Notes under the pieces: model-generated
What the model was told of the DNA's origin: nothing
Databases searched by the model: none
Seen by the model: only the letters and a program-made list of their open reading frames with translations
NCBI GenBank assembly: GCA_907165135.1
Contig: OU015567.1
Coordinates: forward strand, 6,634,001-6,698,000
Source of the DNA: Oikopleura dioica
Lineage: Eukaryota > Animalia > Chordata
Length of the DNA stretch: 64,000 bases
Direction: 5' to 3'
Made by a program: the position numbers and the translations under genes
Part shown: positions 12,494-23,904 of the stretch, one piece after another
How the letters are laid out: each line of letters begins with the position of its first letter
How positions within the stretch are numbered: position 1 is the first letter of the stretch

Positions 12494-13899
12494 CTAGCTG
12501 AACTCGGTGATTTTTGGCGTTGAGTTTGAGCTGCTGCCAACGATGATTCGTTGTAGCTCTTCTTTGACCCGGCGCTCGACTTCTTCGTCGATGTGTTCTT
12601 TGACCATTTGTTCCATCGAGCGACTGGATTTGCTCAGCGATCTAGATGATTAAACAGTCATTTAGCAATTGAGGTCAGTCCAGGTCAGCTAGAAGCTCAT
12701 TTACCTCGTGGAATAAACCCTTTTAGGCTCGCGTTCGTTGTCTACCGCTAAAATAGCATTATCCTCTGAAATGAAGCTTGGCGGCTCTATCAGCGAGTCT
12801 TCTTCGTTACTGTAGCTTTTCATCCGCCCCATGCTTCTGTAAGAGCGGAGACTTGACCGTGACCCGTATCGAAGTGGAGATTTATAACTGATTGATAAAG
12901 TGCTGGGATTTGAAAACAAAAAACTTACGGACTAGCAGGCGAATTATCGTAGTAAAGGGGCGTTTCTATCGGCTTTCCTGCGTACTAAACCGGTTTCAGT
13001 TAATTTTCCTGAGTGCTGCTTTAAGTCTTTTTTTACCTGTGGATTGTAGAGCATGAGCTTTGAGGAATTTGGAATGTCGAGGCTTAATTCGCGATGGACT
13101 TGAACCGCCTTGCCGGATTTGACGGACGGGAGCGTTCCATTACTGTAGTTGGAGCTTTTCCTTACTGGGCCTTGGGAGCCTTCGGATTACTGTCATGGGA
13201 AAAATATGCAATAAACGTACCCAAGTACTGCTCGCGCTGGATATAAGACATTTGAGGCTGTAAGCTTGGATCGTAGAGGGTTCCGCTTTCTATGTGCTGC
13301 TCAACTGGTTGACAAATATTGGATTTTCTCAAGGGCTTCCTTAACAAGGCATTCAATTTCATTGGGAATTTCAAGTGTTCTTAGAAAGAAGATGAGCATT
13401 CGGGACATTCGGGGACATTCGGGACATTCAGGGATATTGGGGACATTCAGGGACATTTGGGAAACTCGGGGACATAGGGGACATAACAAGCGTCTACCAG
13501 AAAATCATTGTTTGGAGCTCAAATCAACCGTTTCCTTATCACTTTTGGCTTTACAACAGCATTTGTTAATCGAATAAGCGAGAATGACGAGTAAAAAGAT
13601 GGCACCACCAATATAGACCCAGCCATATTTGTTGAAATCCAGATAAAGAGAAGCTGCTCCGTGAGGATCAGTAAATGTATACTGAGAATTAAGCCCCGTC
13701 TGTTTTGACTTAAATAGAACAAAAAAAAAGGAATAATGATCCTCTCCTTCCGTGATTGGTGCTTGCGTTGGCGGTGGCGTCGGTGGTGGCTGAACTTCTT
13801 CGGAAAATAAGTTTCCCTGAATATTAATAAAAATAAGACGCTTTGATGGTTTGTTTGTCCCATCAAAAATTGATCAACTAAACTAAGAATTCTTACCAT
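12494..13899 (-). CDS. Hypothetical single-pass membrane protein with long Ser-rich cytoplasmic tail
   Basis: ATG|GT intron then GNLFSEEVQPPPTPPP; TM GWVYIGGAIFLLVILAYSI followed by KCCCKAK; downstream exons can be joined in frame to EEVERRVKEELQRII...EFS*. Confidence 0.55.
13397..13487. repeat. Short tandem repeat of a 9-10 nt GGGACATTC unit, probably intronic
   Basis: About nine degenerate GGGACATT(C) units visible directly. Confidence 0.85.
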
Positions 13900-14207
13900 G
13901 AATAAGCTTCTTTTTTTCGCCTTCACCAAACCATAATCTCTTAAATAACGCGTCGCCAAAGTCCCGTTTCTCTCCTCTTGTTCAATTGTTTCAACAAAAA
14001 TCGTTTCTCTCCTTTGTCAAATTCCGAATTCTTGAATTCCGTGGTCGATTTCTTGGTGCTTTCTTTCTCCTTTCTTCTTTCTTTACTCAACACTCGAGGA
14101 GCATCATTTTTCGTAAGTTACATATTAACTCAGTGACTCGGCGCGGGCTCGGCTCATGAGAGTGATACTGTCGGATTTTCAATGCTGAAAACTGCACTTG
14201 AATGGAT

Positions 14208-14560
14208 TCAAACGGCTGTGAAAATAAAGCGATTTGCCTCATAATAAATACGTCCTCCTTTTGTTATTAAATTTGCGATCCCGGCCTTTTCATCAAAATC
14301 AAAATTAAAAATTGATGTCTTGAAAGTTTCCTCTTTTAATATTTTTAATAAAGCAAAAGCAAAAATGTTTGAAAAACTCTGAATTCGTGAAATCCAGCTC
14401 CATTTGTCCGCGACGCAATAATCTCCTTTCATCGAGCACTCACGCCACATGATGGCGTTTCTGGGCAGTTAGTCCGTAAGCCTTGATTATTTTTGAAACA
14501 ATCTTCGGCCAAAGTTAAAAATTGGAGAAACAACGTCTTGAAAGATTAATTTAGCCGGGT
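14208..14560 (-). CDS. Possible small hypothetical gene divergent from the PLC gene
   Basis: 80-aa ORF 14208-14450 with protein-like composition and a plausible upstream exon; not homology-supported. Confidence 0.3.
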
Positions 14561-14722
14561 CTCTACTAGAAAGAGTTGAATTCAATATGTTTTTTGAGCA
14601 ATTTGTTTAGTTAAAAAAAGCAAGCTAGGGTCGTTGAAATTTCAGGAATATGGGAACGAGCATCTGTAGACGTAAAAGCTCATGTACATCGATCCAATCA
14701 TTCTCTTGTCATTTGAAAGAAA

Positions 14723-16677
14723 ATGGGGAAATTGCCGGAAGAGAAATACAAGGGGGATCATCACGTAGATCCGGAGGGAAATAAAGTTAGCGTTTCGAAG
14801 AAATCACGATGTAGAAAATTCTGCTGCCGGTAATTTTTCTCGAATTCTAGGGTGCTGAAATTTCGAAACGTTCAGTTTCTTTGCTGTTACTTTTGGACTC
14901 CTTACGACTTATATTTCAACGATTCTGATCGTTTACAAACGGGTTCAAAAAAGAATCGCTATTGACGTAGTTTTAATGCTTTTGACTGACAGATTAGATA
15001 CAGTAGTAATTAAGCCCCTCTTTTGAACCCTCTTTCTCAGACGCTGGACCTTCCAACTCAAGGAGGCTCGGATAATTACTGCGACTCATTCTACGTCGAG
15101 CCATCCTCCTCAGTTGGCCCGTATCTTTATGACAATACGTTTGATATTTCGTCACCGATCGATTGGTCAGATTCAGGCGGAGAAAATGCTCTTAATAAGT
15201 TCAGGCCAGGTTCTTTTAGATTGGGCTCGGAAGACTGTGTAGAAACCTGAGTCAGGGTCCTAAGAAAGCCGCGCTAGAATTTGCGAAAATAGATCAAGGT
15301 GGCTTTTTCGGCGAAGCCGCTTTGCGGCTTCGTTTGAAGAAAAGCCGCTACGCGGCTTTTTATTTTGGATCTTTACTCAGGTTTCTTTCAAGTCCAACTT
15401 TGACACATTAGAATCGATCAAGAACCTGTTTACCAGAGCCATCGGAACTCACAATTCCTACCACCGACAACAGTATCCAGGTTCCCCAACGTACTGGGCG
15501 AACTGGTGGGCTCGGGCGATCCCAGACTGGAGTTATGAACACCCACCTTTGACCCAGCAATTTTCGATGGGCTGGCGAACGCTTGAACTTGACTTTCACA
15601 TGCGAAAGAAGGCCTCGCTCATTTATCACATTCAAATGTGGGATCAGCTGACTAACGAGTGCACATGCGCCGCATCATGCTTTAAATTGATCAACGATTG
15701 GTCGGAGGCGAACGCGGGTCACTTCCCCTTGTTCATCATGCTTGAGCCGAAATTATTGGGATTTCTTGAAGACTCTGAAGCGATGAGGGAAGAAATAACG
15801 CTCGAAAAACTGCTGCTCTTCGAACAATTGGCGATTCAGAGCTTTGGAAACAAGATCGTCACTCCAGGTTTTAATCAAATTCAATGAAATCAAGGAAGAG
15901 ACCATCGCCGTTTTCAGACGCCCTCCGGAACGGAAAAGAGTCAGTTCTCGCTTCGATTCAAGAAAGTGGCTGGCCAAGTGTTGAGAATTTCTACGGAAAG
16001 ATTTTCTTTATCATTTGGAAGGAGATTGACAACGAATTGATCCAGCTGTACATTGAAAACACGAATGGCTTGGAAGGCCGAGCATTTTTCCCGTACCAAT
16101 ATTTTGGGAACAGATACGAAGGCGGTGGAATCACTCCATTCCGTAAGTTGAACGATTCATAGAATGAAAGAACTTGTAATAAAGTGAATATGGATGGGCC
16201 GCAATCCGAAACCATTGATGCTCGGAAAGAGGGCTTTATCACTAGAGTGCGAATGAATACAGGCCCGGTTACAGTTCGCTTTAGTTCACATGGATCGAAG
16301 CAGTGAGAACGTCGTGGAAGCGCTTGAAGAAGGATTTATCGCTAGAATTCGAATGAATACAGGATGGTTATTGCACGTCTCTTGCTCTTTAATTTTCGTC
16401 AAAAGTTATGTAACCATTAAAAGTGCCCGGTTTGTCCCCAGATGACACTGGTGAAAGCGACGGTCGTTATGAAGACTCAGTTAATCAGGTCTTGCATCAA
16501 TTACAGCTTTTTCCGTTATCAGGATGAATTATTTAGGGCGGTAATATCATCTCATTCGACCAAAGATACGACTACTGCTGGGAACTGCTCAAGAATGACG
16601 AACGATGCGAAGTGTTCACGCCAGCTGGTGATAAAAATGCAAAAGTCTGCAAGTGGACTTATAATTCTGATCAATAA
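14723..16677 (+). CDS. Type II membrane PI-PLC X-box protein of the bacterial Ca2+-dependent family (Streptomyces SaPLC1-like, Pfam PI-PLC-C1)
   Basis: MGKLPEEK...CCR|FFAVTFGLLTTYISTILIVY (TM); IGTHNSYH, WSYEHPPLTQQFSMGWRTLELDFH, YHIQMWD, WSEANAGHFPLFIMLEPK, SGWPSVENFYGKIFF, GFIARIR, GGNIISFD. Confidence 0.8.
15221..15388. mobile_element. CTGAGTCAG-family MITE in PLC intron
   Basis: GGGCTCGG..CTGTGTAGAAACCTGAGTCAGGG plus AAGCCGC/GCGGCTT hairpins. Confidence 0.75.
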
Positions 16678-16781
16678 ATTGAAGGAAAAAGCGAATTCAA
16701 AGGGCTGAGATGCATTCTTGATTTTCCAGTTTATTATCACTGTCGAAAATGACCAGTAATGGCGAACAGAGTTTCTATTCA

Positions 16782-17300
16782 GCAATGAGCTCGGTGAGTT
16801 TCATCATGGCGGCTTGAAAGTCCCGGAGCGCGTTGATCGATTCCACGGCAGCTCTTCCAAACTCCTCCGCCAAAACGCCTAAAAATTTCAAATAGAATAG
16901 CGGAAAAGAGAAATAATATTTATATCATACCAGCTTCTTCGCTTTTGCCATTGAAATTGTCGCTCTTGTTGGCTCGATCCAAGAACTAAAAAAACTGCGT
17001 TATTATCTAAGCAACAAGATCATCTGATCACCTTTTGGGCGCAAACAGTGGCGATATGCTTGTCCATATTTCGTTTTTTGACATCTTCTTGGGTTGTTTT
17101 GATGAACTGGCCAATCGCTTCTTGGAGGTTCTTTTGTAAGTTAGAAAAAGGGTCGAACATTGATGATTTGATAACATAGATGAGATTATATTTATGATTT
17201 TTGTAACTTTCCTCAAAGCCTCGTTCGTAGTTTTTCTCGATGATCTCAGTGCAGACAGAGAGCAGGTCTTTTCATGATCATCAAAATTAACCAAATTTAC
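16782..17300 (-). CDS. 3' exons of a hypothetical helical protein
   Basis: GT-AG exons give EAIGQFIKTTQEDVKKRNMDKHIATVCAQK|FLDRANKSDNFNGKSEEA|GVLAEEFGRAAVESINALRDFQAAMMKLTELIAE*; 5' end not resolved. Confidence 0.5.
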
Positions 17301-17924
17301 GACTGTGAAAATCCATTACAGTAAAAAATAATTACAGTTCTATCAATTTTTTCTTAATCATTCCCTGAGTTATCTTCGTTCTCTCGAGATGACATGTTGT
17401 TCGAGTATTAAAAATTGGCCAAAATGCTTTGAATTTCTCTAACAAAGATATGAAGTGATGGATGTTTTTGTGCCAGGCATATAATCTAGAAAAAAAATAC
17501 AAACAACAATTATGGTCTTTTCGATTTCGAAGATTCCGGATTTCGTCTGTTGCTAAGAATATAATCAATAATTTTACTATTGTTTTAATTGAATTATATA
17601 AATTTCTTTTTGCAAAAATAAACTACTGTATACAAGGAATTCAATAAAAACTAATTAAAACCGTGCCTGGTCTAAGCTTCAACGTCTCCTGGGAGCATCA
17701 CAATGAATGACAAGTCTACGAAAGTGGTCACTTTTGTGCTTCGATAGCTGCGTCCACAGGCTGCACTAAATTTATTGTTCTTTTACGGTGTCTTAAACTG
17801 TGCGATAAAAAAACTTTCGCTAATTCGTATTTGTCTCCGTGCGGTTTAGAGAGGACACCTTTTTCACGAAGACTTTGTTCAACAAGATGGATATGTTGGG
17901 GAAGATCAACAGAAGACTCAGGAA

Positions 17925-18168
17925 CTGGGCTCGGCAACCTGTCTCGAAAAGCTGAGTCAGGTTTAGAATCTGAACAGCTAGAATTAAAAGCCGCCCAGCT
18001 GCTTTCTTAAGGGTGTCAACATCGATTGAGTAAGGGTATGTCTCATAGCTAATAGCTAACGCTGAAAATCGATGTTGACACCCTTAATATCGAAGCAGCC
18101 ACGCGGCTTTAAATTTTGCTGTTCAGCTAAACCTGAGTCAGGTTTTCTACACAGGTTGCCGAGCCAAG
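17925..18168. mobile_element. CTGAGTCAG-family MITE carrying a nested TTAA-flanked element
   Basis: Outer TIR GGCTCGGCAACCTGT...CTGAGTCAGG / CCTGAGTCAGG...ACAGGTTGCCGAGCC. Confidence 0.85.
18011..18083. mobile_element. 73-bp mini inverted-repeat element with TTAA flanks
   Basis: 17-bp perfect TIR GGGTGTCAACATCGATT; TTAA at 18007-18010 and 18084-18087. Confidence 0.8.
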
Positions 18169-18299
18169 CTCAGGAAGGTTTCTCGATAATTAACCCTTTT
18201 TGATTAATCCTTTGAACTTGAATTTCTCCGAGCTAATTAGCTAAAGAAAGCTTATTGATTAAAATCAAAATCGACACCCTTTTGTTTAAATTTCTTGAA

Positions 18300-19605
18300 A
18301 CTCAATTAAAGTCTTCAGCAAACAAAAGCTCCTTCTCAAGAAGAAGGAACACTGATCGACCGGATAAGTATGCGAAAAAGATTCTCTTGAAAAAAATCTT
18401 CACCCAAGCAGCATTTTCAAAGAGCGTTTGAGCATTTGGCCAAGCTCAAAAGTCCCTTGTGACAGATTAAAGCAGCGCGGCAAACAAGCGCCAAGATAGC
18501 TAAACTAACCGTGCGAAATTTAAAACTCAGATTGACAATTTTCTATTTTTTCTTTCTTTTAGAAGAGATTTTTAGTACTTTTTAGCCTTTGATCCATACA
18601 GGAAAAGTTTGACTTTCTAGTGACAGCCTCGACCTTCAGGAATGAACCATCAAAAGTCAACCTTGAAAAAAGAACAGAAGAGAAGATAAACGCGGTTCAT
18701 AATCTCGTCGGAAACTTGATGTCGGACCCGGTAATCTTCCTTGATTTCATCTTTTAATTTTCGCTGGAAATAAAATAGTTACAAAAATAATATAACTGTC
18801 GAAAATCAAGAAGCCGCTTTCGGCTTTGAGCGAAACAAGAAGAAAAAGCCGCGCGACGCGCGGCTTCCGTCTTTTTTGTCTCGAAGCCGCATGCGGCTTC
18901 TCGATTTTTGACAGTAATTTCACTTAAGTAACTATTTTATTTCTAGCGAAAATTGGTCAGTTAGAAATTAGAATCACTGTATTTTCAACCATTTAGCATT
19001 CAATAATTCAGAATAATTAATCAAGCATAAAAGGCACCCTTCATTGTGAATTAATAATGAATCAATTCTGAACGAAGCAAAAACACGATCGATGAAAATC
19101 CCGTAAATATTTACTCAAGCGTAATACAGGCTTTGTAATACAGTCCATTGTACCCAAAGAAGCACGAAATTAAAACCGCTTCTGACAGTTCTCCCATTTT
19201 CTAACTGTTTTTCAGCGACGAAGCCGAAGAGCATCATCAGCGACAACGCGAATCACTGGCAGTCGGCTGCAGTCGAAGGCAGATTCAAATGCAGAACGGC
19301 AGATGGGTTTTGTTGAAGTTTTTGTTCACCAGTGATTATAAAAGATTAGAGAAGCAGATTCGCGACGATGTCTTCCTAGAACTCGAGTGCGAGAAGACCT
19401 TCGCGACCAATGCCTTTTACTTTTGCCCGTTCATTGGGTAAGGCGAATTTGAATACCCCTTTTCGGATTCCACAATTCTAGCTTTCTCGCGAGAAACAGA
19501 ATCAAGGAAGCGACAAAGATGTTCGACATCGGCTCTTACGAAAGCTGTGTCCGGGAAGCCAAGAATGCCTTCAAATATGCCACGATTACGTTCACGCTTG
19601 GGTAA
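18300..19605 (+). CDS. Hypothetical multi-exon gene (boundaries approximate)
   Basis: Short open exons with splice sites, e.g. FRNEPSKVNLEKRTEEKINAVHNLVGNLMSDP, DYKRLEKQIRDDVFLELECEKTFATNAFYFCPFI, FLARNRIKEATKMFDIGSYESCVREAKNAFKYATITFTLG*. Confidence 0.45.
18757..18953. repeat. Fold-back element of the AAGCCGC/GCGGCTT family, intronic
   Basis: TTTCGCTGGAAATAAAATAGTTAC...GTAACTATTTTATTTCTAGCGAAA outer inverted repeat with three internal AAGCCGC-n-GCGGCTT hairpins. Confidence 0.8.
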
Positions 19606-19685
19606 AATTTTACTTAATTAAAAATATTTTTTAAATTTATTTTAAAAATAATTGTCAATATTCCGCAAAATTAAGCAAACAGATT

Positions 19686-19926
19686 CGGGAACGGTCGGTT
19701 ACAATACCAAAGATTTTTGGTATTCCAATACCAAAATTTGGTATTCCAATACCAATTTTTTCTTAATAATTCTGATTTTTTGTCCTTGGAATAATTAAAA
19801 ACACTCCTAAAGTGTCTTATTTTACAGGCGCGGAGCGCACCTCCGAGCATTTTGTCCACGAAATTGAAATTTTTTTGCCGACTTTGGTATTGGAATACCA
19901 ATTGGTATTGTAACCGACCGTTTCCC
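19686..19926. mobile_element. MITE with 8-bp target-site duplication
   Basis: TIR GGGAA(A)CGGTCGGTTACAATACCAA at both ends; AACAGATT at 19678-19685 and 19927-19934; internal TTGGTATT/AATACCAA repeats. Confidence 0.9.
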
Positions 19927-20845
19927 AACAGATTAGGCTTCAATTGAAAATATGATCCATAAAAATAACGGAATATGATAGGGGAAGCTACTGAAACTTC
20001 AGTCAAAAATGGCTAAATCGTTGTTCACACCCTTAACTGGTCTTAATATCATTATTCAGAACGCTTATCTACTTCACGACGATTATTTCGCTGCTTTTAT
20101 ACTACTTCGCCGATTGAAAGCAATTTTAATTCATGCAAATAAATTCCCAGTGCCATTACTTTTGCTTTTGAATTTTACTATTTGAAATCCTATAATTATT
20201 TATTTTATAAAAAATAAGAGCTCTGCGAATTAGAATTAATGGATGAAGTAAGCATTTTCTTGATTGCCCAAAGTTGATGCTAACATCAAGCTGATAGTGC
20301 AATTAGTATGATACTTGGAATTCAAATAAGCGTCGAGTTTGGAACTATAACATTGGAACAATGTTAGCTAAATACAGAGCGCACGTGGCCATACTTCCGA
20401 GAGTACGTACATCGATGAGGGTTGTTTTTAAAGATTTTCGTTGAAAATTGGGGAAGCGGCTGGTCACTCTACCAATTTCGGTAAAAAATACCAAGTTTTG
20501 GTAATCAATTACGAATAAGAGGTTTTTGAAAGGGCTTGATCATTTTAATACCCAAAAATGAATAATTGGTCGACCTAAAATTTCATCTTTATTACTAAAG
20601 CTTTCTGTTTCATCATTTTTGGTGAGTGTGAGAGATTTTCTTCACAACTAGCCTAGTTGAACTAGGGAATATAATTTCGTAAGAGTTGACCCAGATAGTG
20701 CTAGCAGACAATTTTACGCCGGCACTAGTTGTTTTGCTCTAGAGCTCACCTAGCGGGCGCGCGCTGTTATCAGCACTTTTGCGATATAAAATCGTACTGC
20801 GGGGACGATTAAATTATCATCCAGAGAGAAAACTTTGGTAGTAAG

Positions 20846-21918
20846 ATGAAGGTAAGATTTTTATGAAGATTCTTTTGGTAAAATTTTCCTAGCCTTTCGT
20901 CGCAGCCATCGCAGCATCTGCTTCTGTAAATGCGCAAATGTCCGCAAACGATGCCTGGACCGACGTCGCCGCGGCCTACACCGATCTTTACGACGCTGTT
21001 CACGACGCATACGTAGGCACCGGCAAAAAGCAAGCAGTGAAGAAGGCCAATCGAGTGGGAGACTTCTACAACAAAGTCAACAACTTTCCCGGACGAGTGT
21101 CGGCATCCTGCGCCGAATTCGCCGGCTCTGGTGACCCCGCCGCATTCGTTCCTCCCTACTACGACAGTGAGGACATTTGCCACTCGATCAACAACTTCAT
21201 TGCCTCTGTGACGAGCTACCACGACGCTTACGTCTGCATGGATGATGTCGACCTGACCGCCAACAACGGCTGGGCTCCGCACAAGATGATCAGAACCATT
21301 CAGCGACAGCGCAACATGCTTTTCAACAGAAAGCTCAAGCAACTCCAGTGCAGCCTGCCAATCGCGCCAACACCACCTCCCTGCGACAGCAACCCATGCG
21401 ACGGCCTCAGCAACTGCTACACCCTCATCGACGGCTGCGCCATCGCCCCCGTCCGAGATACCTCGCTAGGACCCGTCCCTGCTGCGATTTCTTACAAGAT
21501 CTCGGCTGAAGTTTTCTGCGACCATAGCGGAACTGAGAGCCAGTTCCAGAACATTCTTTTCTTAGGCGCCGATGTCTGGGAAGACGGCGTCGGAGATCGA
21601 CTCTTTGTGCTTAGCAAAGGCAGTGGATGGCAAAAGATCCACTTCGTGATCAATAAAGGCGACAACGCGGGATTCGTGACATACCATGATTTCGCCTGCG
21701 TCGACGGCGAATGGAACACTTACGCTCTCGAAGTTCAAAATAGCCCCTTCAGTTCCAGCGATGTCGACTTCACTGCAACTGTCGATGGCAATGTCGTGAT
21801 GCAGGGAAGCTACCCCTTGACCGGAGAGGGCTTCGGCGATCTCCAAGTCTACTCCTCCAACCCGCTCCATACCGCTGCACCTCACAAAGTGCGAAACTTC
21901 TTTTATCAAACTTTGTAA
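20846..21918 (+). CDS. Secreted protein: signal peptide, helical N-domain, small Cys-rich module, beta-rich C-domain (oikosin-like candidate)
   Basis: ATGAAG|intron 20852-20892|PFVAAIAASASVNAQ; 326-aa open exon with strong C-ending codon bias; TATAAAA at about 20784. Confidence 0.75.
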
Positions 21919-22054
21919 AAGTTTTGTCTTTCGCTCCCAATAATAGACAAACTTATCTGTTTCCCTCTGTCAACGACAAGAAACTCCCTTTTCGAATATC
22001 TTCTTTTTCCGTCGGAATAAATAATATTAATAATAATATATAAAAATATATTTT

Positions 22055-22438
22055 GAGTGAAATTACAAAATAGTGCATTTTGACCCCTCCTTCTGGCAAT
22101 CTTTTCGAGCAGTATTCACAATTTAATTAGGTTGTATAATACATAAATAAAAAGCCTATAGCCTTTTCTAGGGGGATTTGTATTAAAAAGATAGAAAAAA
22201 CGAATCAAAAAAGCCATTTGGTCACGATAAAGACACTACAGTTTTACGAAAATTCGAGTGCACTTCCGGTCGGATAATTCAATTTCATAGCTTATTTTTT
22301 TACAATTTTTATCAAAATCCCCCTAGAAGAGCCTCTTAGCTTTCTAATGGTATAATATGAAGAATTATTGAATTGTTTTAGTACTCGAAAAGATTGCCAG
22401 ACGGAGGGGTCAAAATGCACTATTTTGTAATTTCTCTC
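22055..22438. mobile_element. Fold-back MITE with long TIRs (Mutator-like)
   Basis: GAGTGAAATTACAAAATAGTGCATTTTGACCCCTCC...TCTGGCAATCTTTTCGAG inverted at the other end, further CTAGGGGGATTT/AAATCCCCCTAG match; flanked both sides by AAAATATATTTT. Confidence 0.85.
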
Positions 22439-22499
22439 AAAATATATTTTTTTCGTCCTATTCAGATCAAAATGCTTGTATTTTTTCTTATTTTCCGCA

Positions 22500-23853
22500 G
22501 CTAGAATTTCTTAGATCTTCACTTTCTCGAGAACTCAAATCGCGCGCTGAAAAATTCTCGAGAACTTTGAATCAGATGAGTCAGCCCAACTCGGATTCGC
22601 CGGTTCATTTCCAAAAGCCCATTTCCTGAAGCAGAGGAGAGACAAAAAAAAGCGGCGAAGATGCCGAAGTCTGAATCAGTGAAAAGAGAAAGTATCCCGA
22701 TAGTACCCGTGGATATCTTTGGCCACACTCACAGACCATTGCTAGTAGAGGAAACGGCACTGATGGACAAGTAATGCCTTCTTTTTCGCCAATCGGTTTC
22801 AACCACTTTTCAGAAACAACAAGAAATCGCCGATCAAACGAAAAACCGCCAACGCAGATGATCCCGTTCCATTCGAAGCGCTTCCCGTCGACTTGAAAAT
22901 TCAGCAAATCATTTACCACCTGCTCGTGGCGGATCTCGACAGCGACATGGACTGTGATTTCCGGCCTTGGTCGTTCTCCGATCCAAAAGAAAGTTTGACT
23001 GGCATTTGAAGATTCAGGGTTATGAACTATTTCCGTACTTTTTGTACAAAGCGGTAATATTGAATTGAATGAAATTTTTTATTGAAATTTTTTGATTGAA
23101 GGTTTGGGATGATGACTTTGACCCAATTCAATGGGGAGATCACATGCATGGAGAGACAATCGTTGTCAATTTTCACATGCTCTTCCAGGTAAAAAGAAAT
23201 CCTTTCTGCTTCGAAAACGCCCCTTTTAGCTGGCTCAAGGATGCAGAGTCGCAGGAAAAGAAGTCGGCCGAGCTCCCGAGTACGTCGACAACTACGGCCC
23301 AGGCGATGACATGAACAACCGACTCCAGCACAATCTCGTCAACATCTTTGGCTTCAACGACATCGGCGTCGGCAACGTCGAGGATGAAAGAAATCTCAAC
23401 CAGATCTACCAAACAAGTACATCTCTCACCCATTCACAAGATTCTTCATTTACATTTTAGACCAAGCTTTCTTCTGGAAACTCGACCAGCTCTGCGAAAA
23501 ATACAACCTGGATTCATTTTCATCGTGGCACGAATTCCACCACGCCGATTTCTTCAAGAATGGTAACAGAAAAAACCTTTCTTTTTTTCATTATTTTTTC
23601 AGACAACCCAAAAATCGAAGATCGCCACCGCCCGAAGCGAAAGAACTCCAAGTTCTTCAAAATCTGCCAGACGCTCAAGACCGACTATCGCGTTCGAAAG
23701 CAAGGGCTAGAAACGAGTGGCTGGGCTGTGGAGCAAGCAAGGCCCTACCGAGGACGACAGATCAAGGCGGAACACAAGCCGAATCCATATCGAACCGAGC
23801 AGTCAGGTTCGATGATGATGCCCATGGATGTCGTCCCAATTGCATACGGATAG
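22500..23853 (+). CDS. Hypothetical multi-exon protein (start approximate)
   Basis: Open exons such as LKIQQIIYHLLVADLDSDMDCDF, VWDDDFDPIQWGDHMHGE, NRLQHNLVNIFGFNDIGVG, FFWKLDQLCEKYNL and last exon ending PMDVVPIAYG*. Confidence 0.55.
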
Positions 23854-23904
23854 GCAACGAGTTCTCTTAATCATTTACCAACCCGGTTAGTTACTTTTCA
23901 ATCA

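Noticed and set aside
13301-13489. CPxCP-rich ORF suggesting a metal-binding peptide
   Set aside because: Produced by translating the GGGACATTC tandem repeat, which is probably intronic
22940-23020. In-frame TGA in GL*FPALVVLR resembling the ARID4/PWWP LWFPALVV motif (readthrough or selenocysteine idea)
   Set aside because: That frame is closed shortly upstream and lacks other domain residues; a different frame gives the more protein-like exon; no SECIS seen
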